64,000 bases of DNA from Escherichia phage kaaroe. Positions 10,463 to 18,590 of this stretch are shown piece by piece. Where the stretch lies: the sequence record MN850574.1; one strand, written 5' to 3'. Under the pieces are notes generated by a model that saw nothing but the letters and a program-made list of their open reading frames with translations, had not been told where the DNA came from and made no database searches. Position 1 is the first letter of the stretch; the number at the start of each line of letters is the position of its first letter. A program made the position numbers and the translations under genes.

Positions 10463-10936
10463 ATGGGAGGATCTAACACTTATAAGGGCAAGTATGTTCC
10501 TGAGAATAAGGAAAAGTATAAAGGGGATATACGTAAGATCACATACCGTTCAAGCTGGGAAAGATGGATCATGCAGTGGCTAGACCGCAATCCTAGAGTT
10601 GCAAAATGGGGATCTGAGACCGTAGTAATTCCTTATGAGTCATCAACAGACGGGAAAAGACACAGATACTTTATGGATTTTTACGTTAAGTTTGATGATG
10701 GCAAGGAGCATTTATGGGAAGTTAAACCAGCTAAAGAGACAAGGCCACCGGAAAAGCCAAAAAGAATGACCGCGAAGACAAAGCAACGATATATGCATGA
10801 AGTATGGACGTACACAAAAAATACTGAAAAATGGTTAGCTGCCGTGAAATTATGCCAAAAGCATAACATGGAGTTTAAGATCATAACCGAACATGCATTA
10901 AAGAAAGTGTTTGGCTTTAAAGGGCTTAACAAATAG
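10463..10936 (+). CDS. 4: head completion protein gp4
   Basis: 157 aa; YRSSWE, IPYES, similarity to remembered T4 gp4; divergent from gp53 as in T4. Confidence 0.75.
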   Translation: MGGSNTYKGKYVPENKEKYKGDIRKITYRSSWERWIMQWLDRNPRVAKWGSETVVIPYESSTDGKRHRYFMDFYVKFDDGKEHLWEVKPAKETRPPEKPKRMTAKTKQRYMHEVWTYTKNTEKWLAAVKLCQKHNMEFKIITEHALKKVFGFKGLNK

Positions 10937-10947
10937 AGGATAATATT

Positions 10948-11769
10948 ATGAGCGTATTTGAAATAATCACCGAAGACGAAAAGCCGTCTCCCCAAAAACG
11001 AAAGTCTAAACAGTGGGTCGAATTGGGTGTAGAATTTGCGAAAGCAAAAGCCAAAGGAATGACAGCTAAAGCATTTGCAGATTCTAAGGGAATAGCCTAT
11101 GCGACTTTCACTAAAAGTATGTCTCGTTATGCCAGCGAAATTAAAACAGCAATAGAAGTTGAAAAACTAAAAGGGAAAAGTGCAAAGGGTCTCAATAAGC
11201 AGCAACGCGCAATGATGATGATTAATGATTTTCGTGCGTCTATGCGTGCTGTATCAAAGAGTCGTCCTAAAGAAAAATCACAGGAGTGGTTTACTAAAAC
11301 AATAAAAGCGGGAATAAAGGGACACCAGATTGTAAAACCGCAAGTAGGGCGAATCTATACATTTATGTATGATGCGAAGTATAAAGACACTTTGCCATAT
11401 TGGGATGTTTTCCCGCTGATCATTTGTCTGGGTGATTCTAAGACAAAGGCGGGTAATACTGTAATGCTGGGTCTTAACTTACACTATGTAACGCCTAAAG
11501 CCCGTCAGCAGTTTTTAGAGGCACTTTTAAAGCAATATGCATCTACTCCTACCTTGAGCAATAAAACACGCTTAAAAATCAAATGGAGCGATGTAAAAGG
11601 TATGCGTGGAAGTGATCACATGATCAAAGCATATCTACCTGGACACATTAAAACAAAACTTGTTGAGATTAGCCCGAAAGACTGGAGCAATATTATCTAT
11701 ATGCCTACATATCAGTTTATGTCAAAAGGCAAGAAATACGACGCAAGGAAAGTTTGGAAGGATACATAA
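10948..11769 (+). CDS. 2: DNA end protector protein gp2
   Basis: 273 aa (T4 gp2 274 aa); synteny 4-2-3-1. Confidence 0.7.
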   Translation: MSVFEIITEDEKPSPQKRKSKQWVELGVEFAKAKAKGMTAKAFADSKGIAYATFTKSMSRYASEIKTAIEVEKLKGKSAKGLNKQQRAMMMINDFRASMRAVSKSRPKEKSQEWFTKTIKAGIKGHQIVKPQVGRIYTFMYDAKYKDTLPYWDVFPLIICLGDSKTKAGNTVMLGLNLHYVTPKARQQFLEALLKQYASTPTLSNKTRLKIKWSDVKGMRGSDHMIKAYLPGHIKTKLVEISPKDWSNIIYMPTYQFMSKGKKYDARKVWKDT

Positions 11770-11775
11770 CATTAA

Positions 11776-11801
11776 GCCCGTCATTGACGGGCTTTTTTAT
11801 T
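11776..11801 (+). terminator. intrinsic terminator
   Basis: gcccgtc-att-gacgggc hairpin followed by TTTTTTATT. Confidence 0.6.
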
Positions 11802-12054
11802 ATAGATCTATAGCATGAGCATAACCATGTAAGAAGTCTTTTAATTCTTCCTTATTGGTAACACGCTGTAAAATCTCTAATGCCTTGTCGCGATCACGTA
11901 ATGCACCTGAAAGGGATTTTATTTGATCATCCCTTTCTGCAATCTGCTTAAGCAGATCTGTATTGCATTTAGACAAATAGAGAACTTCACCCCGCAATGT
12001 TGCTAATTCGTTATCCAAACGATCATAGAGTTTTAACAAAATGTCTTCTGTCAT
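11800..12054 (-). CDS. hypothetical coiled-coil protein (84 aa), antisense to flanking genes
   Basis: ORF with GAGGA RBS; heptad-like LxxLxxE pattern; lies between gp2 and gp3. Confidence 0.4.
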   Translation of the reverse strand: MTEDILLKLYDRLDNELATLRGEVLYLSKCNTDLLKQIAERDDQIKSLSGALRDRDKALEILQRVTNKEELKDFLHGYAHAIDL

Positions 12055-12214
12055 AAGAAGTCCTCGTATAGTACCCGTTTTATTTATTACTGTATAAAAA
12101 TATAGTTATTGGTTAAAACATAACCAAAACGAAGAAAGATCTTTAGAATAATAAAAATTTGTTTCGGTTAAAAAGTAGTCAGTGCCTACGGCACGTCGCA
12201 AAGCGACAATTGTT

Positions 12215-12222
12215 AATAAATA
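12215..12222 (+). promoter_or_regulatory. near-consensus late promoter box (AATAAATA) upstream of gp3
   Basis: 7/8 match to TATAAATA, 21 nt upstream of ATG 12244. Confidence 0.25.
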
Positions 12223-12243
12223 TTTTCATTTGAGGAATCAGTA

Positions 12244-12834
12244 ATGTCTAATCTCTTTAACTATGCTAACCCTAGCAACTGGCAGATCAATATTCCAGAT
12301 GGACAGCTAACAAAAGGCTTTACTTTAAATGCTCAAGGTGTTACACTTCCTGCTATAACCATTCCACCGACTAAGCAAGTTGCTGGTCAATATGGTTTGG
12401 CGGTCGCTGATTATCCGTCTAGTCATGTGGAGTTTGACCCGTTGGTAGTCCGGTTTATTGTCGATGAGCATTTGGAAAGCTATCTAAACCTTTACACATG
12501 GATGCTTTCTATAGTAGACTACAATAACGGTAACTCCACTGCGTGGAAGGATTCAATGCCGGAAGCCGTTCAAGTTCACATGATGGACAACGAACGACGT
12601 AACATTGTGTGCACTTTTAACTTTTATGGTTGTTGGTGTTCACAATTGGGGGAACTTGAGTTAACATACACCGATGATATGCATGAATCTCTGGTGTGTA
12701 CTGCAATTCTTCCCTTTAAAACAATGAGCATTGAACGTGATGGTCAACTGATCGTTCCTCGCCCAGCAATTCAGGCGGCGGATCGTCAGCGGGTGGAAGG
12801 TATTAAAGCTATGCACCCTGCTTTTAGAAAGTAA
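12244..12834 (+). CDS. 3: tail completion / sheath stabiliser protein gp3 (by synteny)
   Basis: 196 aa between gp2 and gp1; no strong motif recalled, positional call. Confidence 0.55.
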   Translation: MSNLFNYANPSNWQINIPDGQLTKGFTLNAQGVTLPAITIPPTKQVAGQYGLAVADYPSSHVEFDPLVVRFIVDEHLESYLNLYTWMLSIVDYNNGNSTAWKDSMPEAVQVHMMDNERRNIVCTFNFYGCWCSQLGELELTYTDDMHESLVCTAILPFKTMSIERDGQLIVPRPAIQAADRQRVEGIKAMHPAFRK

Positions 12835-12849
12835 TAAGAGGCTTATATA

Positions 12850-13506
12850 ATGAAACTGATTGCACTTTGTGGTAAAAAGCGAGTAGGAAAAGACACTGCC
12901 GCGTTAATAATTGATGGACATAGTTATCAACTGGCAGCACCGATCAAAGAAATCTTATGCGAATGTCAACCAGACTTAGGTCTGACTTATCTTGACTTTG
13001 ATGGGTTAGGGCGTGACAGAGAAGCCGATCTAGGTATTGATACATATACCGCGCATAAGTGGTTTATTCAGTGTCTGCTTATGCTAGATTCGAAGTATGG
13101 CGGTAGTTCCTTTACTTGTGATCGTCTGGCTGAGATTTACAAGGTTGTTAATGAGATCGGAGAAAAACATAATAACGTCTGGTCTATTCGTCTCATGTTA
13201 ACCACTCTCGGTACTGATATAATGGTTAACTTGATCAATCCGCTTTATTGGTGTAATCTCTTTGTGGATGAGTTTATGAAGCGCAAAAATGAAGAAGGGT
13301 ATTTTGTAGTGGTTGATGTGCGTCAGCCTATTGAAATTGCTCTCATGCGTGCTATGGGTGCTAAGGTGTTGCATATTCAGCGTGATACTGGTATTGTATC
13401 TACTCACTCCACCGAAAAAGGAATTTTGCCTATTGACGGTGAAACCATTATCATAAATAATGGTACATTAGAAGAATTTGAAAGCGCGATTCTCGCGAAC
13501 ATTTAA
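12850..13506 (+). CDS. 1: deoxynucleoside monophosphate kinase gp1
   Basis: 218 aa; P-loop GKKRVGKDT; LGTD..VN and RAMGAKVLH regions match remembered T4 gp1. Confidence 0.85.
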   Translation: MKLIALCGKKRVGKDTAALIIDGHSYQLAAPIKEILCECQPDLGLTYLDFDGLGRDREADLGIDTYTAHKWFIQCLLMLDSKYGGSSFTCDRLAEIYKVVNEIGEKHNNVWSIRLMLTTLGTDIMVNLINPLYWCNLFVDEFMKRKNEEGYFVVVDVRQPIEIALMRAMGAKVLHIQRDTGIVSTHSTEKGILPIDGETIIINNGTLEEFESAILANI

Positions 13507-13538
13507 TAAAAAGTTATCAACAAGTAGGAGATGTGAAT

Positions 13539-13799
13539 ATGTCCAATCAGCATGAACAAATGATTAATGTCCTGAAAGTACGTCTGTTTGACACTCAAGA
13601 AAAGGCCGCATTCTTAGAAGGCCAACTGAAAGATCGTGAGCGTGTATTGATGGAACTGGTACGCATTCTGGGTATTCAGCCAGACGAAAACGGCACTGTT
13701 TCCCTTGATGCTATTGTCGAAGAAGTGAAAGCACTTCTCCCTAAAGACGAAGCAGCGGAAGACGCAGAAGAGGAAGTAGAACTGATCACGGAGGCTTGA
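13539..13799 (+). CDS. 57A: tail fibre assembly chaperone gp57A
   Basis: ATG at 13539 with AGGAG RBS (track ORF begins at GTG 13533); RLFDTQEK and acidic C-terminus resemble T4 gp57A. Confidence 0.7.
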   Translation: MSNQHEQMINVLKVRLFDTQEKAAFLEGQLKDRERVLMELVRILGIQPDENGTVSLDAIVEEVKALLPKDEAAEDAEEEVELITEA

Positions 13800-13801
13800 T
13801 T

Positions 13802-14266
13802 ATGACCCCGTTTAGAGAATCCGTTAAAGGTACATATGCGGCGGTTAAATTCACTGAGGATACACTAGACCGCATTGAAAAATTGCAGGAGTTCTACGAT
13901 CTGCCTAATGCCGTTCCTCGTGATAAACTGCATAGCACTATCTTATATTCTCGTGTCTATGTTCCGTTTATACCAGAAGAGGGTGAAAAGTTCTTAGGCT
14001 CTCTATGCCATCTGAAAGTGTTTGAAACTCAATCCGGTACTAATGCGCTTGTGCTGGCATTTGAAAGCGACTACATGCAATTCAGACACGATATCGGCAC
14101 TGCTTTAGGTGCGACGTGGGATTATCCTGAATATGTACCGCATATCACGCTTTCTTATGATGTTGGTGCGCGTAAATTTGGCACTGACCTAGAGTTCGAT
14201 TTAGAGATTGTCCGATCTCATGAGTATGTCGAAGATCTAGACCTGGAGTGGACGACCAAACTGTAA
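13802..14266 (+). CDS. 57B: 2H-phosphoesterase-fold protein, 57B/Acb1-like (anti-CBASS cyclic-oligonucleotide phosphodiesterase candidate)
   Basis: Two H-x-T/S motifs (KLHSTILYS and PHITLSY); position immediately after 57A as T4 gene 57B. Confidence 0.6.
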   Translation: MTPFRESVKGTYAAVKFTEDTLDRIEKLQEFYDLPNAVPRDKLHSTILYSRVYVPFIPEEGEKFLGSLCHLKVFETQSGTNALVLAFESDYMQFRHDIGTALGATWDYPEYVPHITLSYDVGARKFGTDLEFDLEIVRSHEYVEDLDLEWTTKL

Positions 14267-14273
14267 TTTTATA

Positions 14274-14304
14274 CCCCGAAAATTTTTCGGGGTTTTTTGT
14301 TTTT
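14274..14304 (+). terminator. intrinsic terminator
   Basis: ccccgaaaa-t-ttttcgggg hairpin then TTTTTTGTTTTT. Confidence 0.7.
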
Positions 14305-14309
14305 ATGTG

Positions 14310-14338
14310 TTGACAACCATAAACGACTATAGCATAAT
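14310..14338 (+). promoter_or_regulatory. early promoter TTGACA-17-CATAAT
   Basis: -35 at 14310-14315, -10 at 14333-14338, conserved leader CATCGAAACGAAACAC, RBS AGGAGAATCAAAAATG. Confidence 0.6.
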
Positions 14339-14376
14339 GCACACATCGAAACGAAACACACTTAGGAGAATCAAAA

Positions 14377-14754
14377 ATGATGATGATGTTTAAAGATAAA
14401 TTCGAATGTCACTACACCCGTAACTTTGACTTAGTATCCCGCTACTACATTCATAAAGAAACTGGCACGCAAGTAGTTCTTGAATCTCACAGCGAAGTAG
14501 GATTCGATTCAACAAAAGTAGCAATTAGTGCTCGCTTCTGGGATAACGGCAAATTTGCTTATATCGCTTGGAACGACGACGAAAATGTAATTACAGTAGC
14601 TTTCGGTGATGACTACTACACTAAAAAGACTTTCGATAGCAAGCCATCAAATGAATACCTGAAAGCGTATGTGCAGCACATGTTCCAACGTGTTCTGACC
14701 GGAATGGAAATCAATGTCATGAAAGACATTGTAGACGAAGTAAAATATTCTTAA
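14377..14754 (+). CDS. hypothetical early protein (125 aa)
   Basis: ORF directly behind promoter with strong RBS. Confidence 0.6.
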   Translation: MMMMFKDKFECHYTRNFDLVSRYYIHKETGTQVVLESHSEVGFDSTKVAISARFWDNGKFAYIAWNDDENVITVAFGDDYYTKKTFDSKPSNEYLKAYVQHMFQRVLTGMEINVMKDIVDEVKYS

Positions 14755-14760
14755 AAATAG

Positions 14761-14789
14761 TTGACAACATGAAACGGGGGTAGTAAGAT
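14761..14789 (+). promoter_or_regulatory. early promoter with embedded inverted repeat (PeSL-like)
   Basis: TTGACA 14761-14766, -10 TAAGAT 14784-14789; IR GGGGGTAGTAAGATACCCC spanning the spacer and -10. Confidence 0.6.
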
Positions 14790-14819
14790 ACCCCACAAAC
14801 AAACGAAAGGAGAATCAAA

Positions 14820-14978
14820 ATGAAATTCATCGGTAAAACTTTTATGTTCGTAGCTGGTACTCTGTTTACTGCAACTCTGTTAGCTGGTGGCTTAGATATC
14901 TTTACTGCCTTTGAAACTTTCGGGTATACTGTAGCATCGGGTGCTCTCTTCGGATTGGGTTTAGCGATTAGCAAATAA
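14820..14978 (+). CDS. small membrane protein (52 aa)
   Basis: ATG preceded by AAAGGAGAATCAAA; hydrophobic; below ORF-track length cutoff. Confidence 0.5.
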   Translation: MKFIGKTFMFVAGTLFTATLLAGGLDIFTAFETFGYTVASGALFGLGLAISK

Positions 14979-14987
14979 GGTGATAAT

Positions 14988-15191
14988 ATGGAATTGGATA
15001 TGGTTAAAGCAAAATTTATGGGTAAGGATAAGAGCGGTAAAACATTTGTTATTAATAGAACATTGTTTCGCTCTGACCTTAAGTGGGTAACACAACAATT
15101 TGCGGAAGTCAACGAGGCAGTTGTGACATGCTTCGTTGATGATAAAAAAGTTTTTGAAATTGATCGTCGTGGGGTGTCTAATGATCACTAA
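14988..15191 (+). CDS. hypothetical protein (67 aa)
   Basis: ORF with GGTGA RBS. Confidence 0.5.
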   Translation: MELDMVKAKFMGKDKSGKTFVINRTLFRSDLKWVTQQFAEVNEAVVTCFVDDKKVFEIDRRGVSNDH

Positions 15192-15378
15192 ACTGTTTAG
15201 CAATACTTTGTTTCTGATTGCATTTGTTTTCTTTCTGTGTCTGATGATCGGTGTTGTTACAGTAGGTAGCTATTCCGGTGTTACCTTAGATGATTTTTGC
15301 AAACTTGTTATGGTCTCGTTTATACCTAGTATTCTGCTCGCTTTATGTGGTGCTTTCAGATGGCTCTGTGATCTATGA
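15181..15378 (+). CDS. 2-TM membrane miniprotein (65 aa)
   Basis: ATG at 15181 overlapping upstream 3' end; two hydrophobic helices. Confidence 0.5.
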   Translation: MITKLFSNTLFLIAFVFFLCLMIGVVTVGSYSGVTLDDFCKLVMVSFIPSILLALCGAFRWLCDL

Positions 15379-15485
15379 ATGAACAGGAACGAATGATGTT
15401 GATAGGTGGACCGGAGTTCACTAAATTTGATGCAATTCTTATTGCGTTGGGTTTTCTTATGATCTGTTGTATGGTGGCGCTATGA
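15375..15485 (+). CDS. small membrane protein (36 aa)
   Basis: ATGA start/stop overlap with upstream and downstream genes (translational coupling). Confidence 0.35.
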   Translation: MNEQERMMLIGGPEFTKFDAILIALGFLMICCMVAL

Positions 15486-15706
15486 GTAGCATAAAATATT
15501 TTGCTTTCTTGTGTTTTATGATGTTCTTTACATTCTTAGCATGTGTTTTCTTTACATGGCTTGCTCATGTTGATAATGCAACCGGACCGTTTTACTTCTT
15601 CTGTGTGTTGTCTGTGTTGACTGGTGCTCTTGTTACGTGGATGATTCGAGATTGTTACGTAATGTATAAGTTTGAAAAGACTCGACCGAAATGGGGCAAA
15701 CGATGA
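15482..15706 (+). CDS. 2-TM membrane miniprotein (74 aa)
   Basis: ATGA overlap; hydrophobic helices. Confidence 0.5.
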   Translation: MSSIKYFAFLCFMMFFTFLACVFFTWLAHVDNATGPFYFFCVLSVLTGALVTWMIRDCYVMYKFEKTRPKWGKR

Positions 15707-15885
15707 AATTATTTGCGTGGCTAATTATTTTAAATGTAATTGTTAAGACCGTTCTCGCTGGTTTACTGATGATACATAGCACGAAACCAGAAGAAGCATT
15801 AACGTATTTTGTTTCTTATGTGCTGGGATTCTTGCTTACTGCGTGGATGTGTGATGAATATCGAAGAATTGAGGTAAAACCATGA
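15703..15885 (+). CDS. 2-TM membrane miniprotein (60 aa)
   Basis: ATGA overlap; hydrophobic. Confidence 0.5.
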   Translation: MKLFAWLIILNVIVKTVLAGLLMIHSTKPEEALTYFVSYVLGFLLTAWMCDEYRRIEVKP

Positions 15886-16100
15886 AAATGACTTTTTATA
15901 TCTTAGCAAGTATCATTCTTGTGATCTCTTCTGCCTTATTTGCATTTCTTACCGTTTGGGGGGTCTGTACTGATGCGAAGCCGTGGGATATCGTAGAAAA
16001 TACGGTTATGTTTATTATTAGTGTCATGTGTCTTTTTGATGCATTTAACTCTATCAAGGAAGAAGACCAAAAACGTCGCGATAGAAAGCGATATAAATAA
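15882..16100 (+). CDS. 2-TM membrane miniprotein (72 aa) with basic C-tail
   Basis: ATGA overlap; two hydrophobic helices then KRRDRKRYK. Confidence 0.55.
   Translation: MKMTFYILASIILVISSALFAFLTVWGVCTDAKPWDIVENTVMFIISVMCLFDAFNSIKEEDQKRRDRKRYK
16092..16099 (+). promoter_or_regulatory. T4-type late promoter box TATAAATA
   Basis: Exact TATAAATA overlapping stop codon of upstream ORF; followed by 150 nt non-coding structured region. Confidence 0.35.
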
Positions 16101-16248
16101 TAGTGAACTAAAGACAGCGCGGTTAGAATGATTTGGACGTCACCTAGCCGCATTTATTGCGGCGTATGGGCGATCCGGTACGCTAAAGCATTAACTTGCT
16201 AGGCCGCTAGCAGGTTGGAGACAAGGAAGATTCGCTACCTTCCCTATA
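16101..16248 (+). ncRNA. candidate small structured RNA (unclassified)
   Basis: No ORF; three hairpins (16147-16163, 16197-16212, 16225-16243) between a late promoter box and a UUCG-loop terminator. Confidence 0.25.
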
Positions 16249-16277
16249 AGCCACTCTTCGGAGTGGCTTTTTTATTG
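16249..16277 (+). terminator. intrinsic terminator (UUCG tetraloop)
   Basis: agccactc-ttcg-gagtggct hairpin followed by TTTTTTATT. Confidence 0.7.
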
Positions 16278-16301
16278 CCTAAAATTTTTTTAAAAAAGTT
16301 G

Positions 16302-16330
16302 TTGACACCAGATCCGGCCTATAGCATAAT
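16302..16330 (+). promoter_or_regulatory. early promoter TTGACA-17-CATAAT (PeSL-like)
   Basis: -35 16302-16307, -10 16325-16330; downstream leader ACACCCATCGAAACGAAACAC. Confidence 0.65.
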
Positions 16331-16376
16331 ACACCCATCGAAACGAAACACACTTTCTTAAACGGAGAATCAAATT

Positions 16377-16562
16377 ATGGCACGTCGCATCACTAAAGCA
16401 CTGAAAGCAGTAAGCAAAGAAAACGTAGTAGCTATTCTGGTAATCTGGGGTTATAACGAAGAATCCGCTAAACAGAAAGTTGAAGCAGGGTTTGAACTGG
16501 CAGTAAAAGCAATGCCGAATGATGACTCTGTAGGACTGGCAAACTATATTGCATATTTCTGA
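16377..16562 (+). CDS. hypothetical early protein (61 aa)
   Basis: ORF behind promoter; codon usage biased to ctg/cgt/gaa/aaa. Confidence 0.6.
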   Translation: MARRITKALKAVSKENVVAILVIWGYNEESAKQKVEAGFELAVKAMPNDDSVGLANYIAYF

Positions 16563-16570
16563 TAAAAGTG

Positions 16571-16599
16571 TTGACAGGGGAGGATAACTCCCCTACAAT
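16571..16599 (+). promoter_or_regulatory. early promoter with embedded inverted repeat (PeSL-like)
   Basis: TTGACA 16571-16576, -10 TACAAT 16594-16599, IR GGGGAGG-ATAA-CTCCCC in spacer. Confidence 0.65.
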
Positions 16600-16628
16600 A
16601 CAACCATCAACGAAACGGGAGAATCAAA

Positions 16629-16856
16629 ATGATTAACTTTAAAGACGCAGCAAAAGAAATTATCGACTTTGAGCGCGAACTGTTTGAGATGGAACCGCAG
16701 ATGGGTAAAATGGAACTGGCTAACCAGATCTGGGCTACTAGACTGAATCCGGCTGATCGCTTAGAGATCATGAACCTTGTAGGTGCAAGCGACATGAAAG
16801 GTGGTGCTATGGCTAAACTCCGCAAATGCACCGCATACATTGCAGAACAACTTTAA
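16629..16856 (+). CDS. hypothetical early protein (75 aa)
   Basis: ORF behind promoter with GGGAGAATCAAAATG RBS. Confidence 0.6.
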   Translation: MINFKDAAKEIIDFERELFEMEPQMGKMELANQIWATRLNPADRLEIMNLVGASDMKGGAMAKLRKCTAYIAEQL

Positions 16857-16868
16857 TTGGAGGGTTTT

Positions 16869-17057
16869 ATGGGAGAGAAACCATTAGTACAGCTAAGAGT
16901 ACGCTATAACCAGATTTTAGCATTACTTAAAGCTGAGGGTGTAGATCCATCGGACCGCGAGGCTGCAAAAGCGTGTCTATCTGATACGGTACAGCCAAAA
17001 CAAAATTATGCTTGCTATATGTACTTTCAAAATCGTTTGAATAATGTTAAGTGTTGA
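16869..17057 (+). CDS. hypothetical protein (62 aa)
   Basis: ATG at 16869 with GGAGGG RBS (track ORF begins at TTG 16857). Confidence 0.5.
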   Translation: MGEKPLVQLRVRYNQILALLKAEGVDPSDREAAKACLSDTVQPKQNYACYMYFQNRLNNVKC

Positions 17058-17066
17058 GGTGATACT

Positions 17067-17255
17067 ATGGAAGACCAAATTGAACAATTACGCGAATCCG
17101 CTAAAGAGCATGGTATGAGCGAAGGATTTGTTGAATGGTTTATCTCTAAAAAGGTTGATTCCTGCGGGTGCTTTAACTTCATTACTATGTCCATTATGTG
17201 GGAGGGTTGGAAAGGTGCTGTAGAAACTGCCTTAAAAATTTTGAAAAAAGACTAA
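17067..17255 (+). CDS. hypothetical protein (62 aa)
   Basis: ORF with GAGGTGA RBS. Confidence 0.5.
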   Translation: MEDQIEQLRESAKEHGMSEGFVEWFISKKVDSCGCFNFITMSIMWEGWKGAVETALKILKKD

Positions 17256-17263
17256 AAAAGTTG

Positions 17264-17292
17264 TTGACACGCGATAGGGTGTATAGCATAAT
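17264..17292 (+). promoter_or_regulatory. early promoter TTGACA-17-CATAAT with IR GGGTGTAT-AGCATA-ATACACCC
   Basis: -35 17264-17269, -10 17287-17292; perfect 8-bp inverted repeat overlapping -10. Confidence 0.65.
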
Positions 17293-17334
17293 ACACCCAT
17301 CGAAACGAAACACGAACTACTAAGGAGTATCAAA

Positions 17335-17661
17335 ATGAAACCAGTATCTGTTAAAGTTATCTTCTCTGAATCTTCTGTATTCGCTAACGCAAACGAAGTA
17401 TTCCACTTCGAAGACTTCGAGCGTAAAGCACAGGACGCGGCAGCAAAAGCCTATGAAAGCGAATATGACAAAACTCAAATCGAGGTTACTTTCGAAAACG
17501 GCACTACTTACGCTTGCCGCCTTGACCTGGGTGATCGTCTGTCTGGCTTCCGTCACCATGTAGAGAAGACAATCGCTTTCTCTAAAACCGAAAAAGGAAA
17601 ACACTACTTTTCTGTTTTCGGTACTGAAAATCTGGATTTCTTGAAAACTGTTTCTTTCTAA
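17335..17661 (+). CDS. hypothetical abundant early protein (108 aa)
   Basis: ORF behind promoter; strongly biased codon usage (ttc, ctg, cgt, ggt, aac) suggesting high expression. Confidence 0.65.
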   Translation: MKPVSVKVIFSESSVFANANEVFHFEDFERKAQDAAAKAYESEYDKTQIEVTFENGTTYACRLDLGDRLSGFRHHVEKTIAFSKTEKGKHYFSVFGTENLDFLKTVSF

Positions 17662-17669
17662 GGTATATT

Positions 17670-17852
17670 ATGAAAAAGATTAATTGGTTAGCGAACATAG
17701 GCGCGGTCTGCGCCTTTAACATCCTCGGATGGATAATGTTACATTTTGATGAGCGAGTTTCAAAATGTGAGGGTGTATTGATTCTCGGATCTGCTAGCAT
17801 ATTCATTATGCTGTATGCGATTGCTGTTGACTTAATCCGCGATGGTTGTTAA
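17670..17852 (+). CDS. 2-TM membrane miniprotein (60 aa)
   Basis: Hydrophobic ORF with RBS. Confidence 0.5.
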   Translation: MKKINWLANIGAVCAFNILGWIMLHFDERVSKCEGVLILGSASIFIMLYAIAVDLIRDGC

Positions 17853-17853
17853 T

Positions 17854-18051
17854 ATGACGCTCAAGAATATGTTTTTTAACTTCGTAGGTGCTTCCATTCT
17901 TTCAATGCTATATCTTGTGATTGTATGGATGGGCGACTATGAATTAACTAACGATGAAAATTTGACAGTGTTTACTGTCTTGACGATGATCATTTACACT
18001 GTCTTTCTTGTCTTGGATTTTATTGTGTTTCTTTACAAAACGGTGACTTGA
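17854..18051 (+). CDS. 2-TM membrane miniprotein (65 aa)
   Basis: ATG 1 nt after upstream stop (alternative in-frame ATG at 17842). Confidence 0.5.
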   Translation: MTLKNMFFNFVGASILSMLYLVIVWMGDYELTNDENLTVFTVLTMIIYTVFLVLDFIVFLYKTVT

Positions 18052-18248
18052 TGACGATTAGTAAAAATGATATTGGTTTTGTTGCGGGTATCGCTAGCGT
18101 CTTTACTGTTGTTATTTTGCTAATGCTTTTACCCGGTGTATTCTCTGACCAGATTGAATTGTATGTAGCTTTTATCTGTTGCATTTATACTTGGTTTGCA
18201 ATGTTTGTGATTAGTCTAATTATGCAATTCGTCGTTAACAAATTTTAG
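18051..18248 (+). CDS. 2-TM membrane miniprotein (65 aa)
   Basis: ATG overlaps upstream stop (TGATG); track ORF begins at TTG 18048. Confidence 0.5.
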   Translation: MTISKNDIGFVAGIASVFTVVILLMLLPGVFSDQIELYVAFICCIYTWFAMFVISLIMQFVVNKF

Positions 18249-18269
18249 ATTTAATGTGAGGATTATATT

Positions 18270-18590
18270 ATGAGCAAACTGTTTGAAACTCCGCGTGAAA
18301 TTCTGATTGACAAACTGAAAGAACGTGGTTTTAAAATTAAAGATGCAACCAAATACAGCCGAATTGATGAAATTAAGTTGCATTCTCTTGATGAACTGGT
18401 AGAATATGTTGCGGCGGTTGCTGATCCGCAGTTTGATGTGATTGTAGGCGACGTTGAATATCTCGATAATGTATATTCATTCTTCACTTATGGTAAAATT
18501 GTGTCTGTGAAAATTTCATTCTGTGAAAATGTGGAGGTGCTTGCTAGTGAACCAGAAAAACCAACTGACAACGGTCCTTCGGCAGCGTAA
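18270..18590 (+). CDS. hypothetical protein (106 aa)
   Basis: ORF with GAGGATTATATTATG RBS. Confidence 0.55.
   Translation: MSKLFETPREILIDKLKERGFKIKDATKYSRIDEIKLHSLDELVEYVAAVADPQFDVIVGDVEYLDNVYSFFTYGKIVSVKISFCENVEVLASEPEKPTDNGPSAA

Noticed and set aside
13796-13801. TTG start at 13796 for the 57B-like gene as given by the ORF track
   Set aside because: An ATG at 13802, directly after the 57A stop, is more plausible; same logic applied to other track ORFs beginning at GTG/TTG
16101-16248. tRNA gene (T4 has a tRNA cluster in the equivalent early region)
   Set aside because: No acceptor/T-arm arrangement with a 7-nt GTTCRANYC-type loop could be fitted; retained only as an unclassified sRNA candidate
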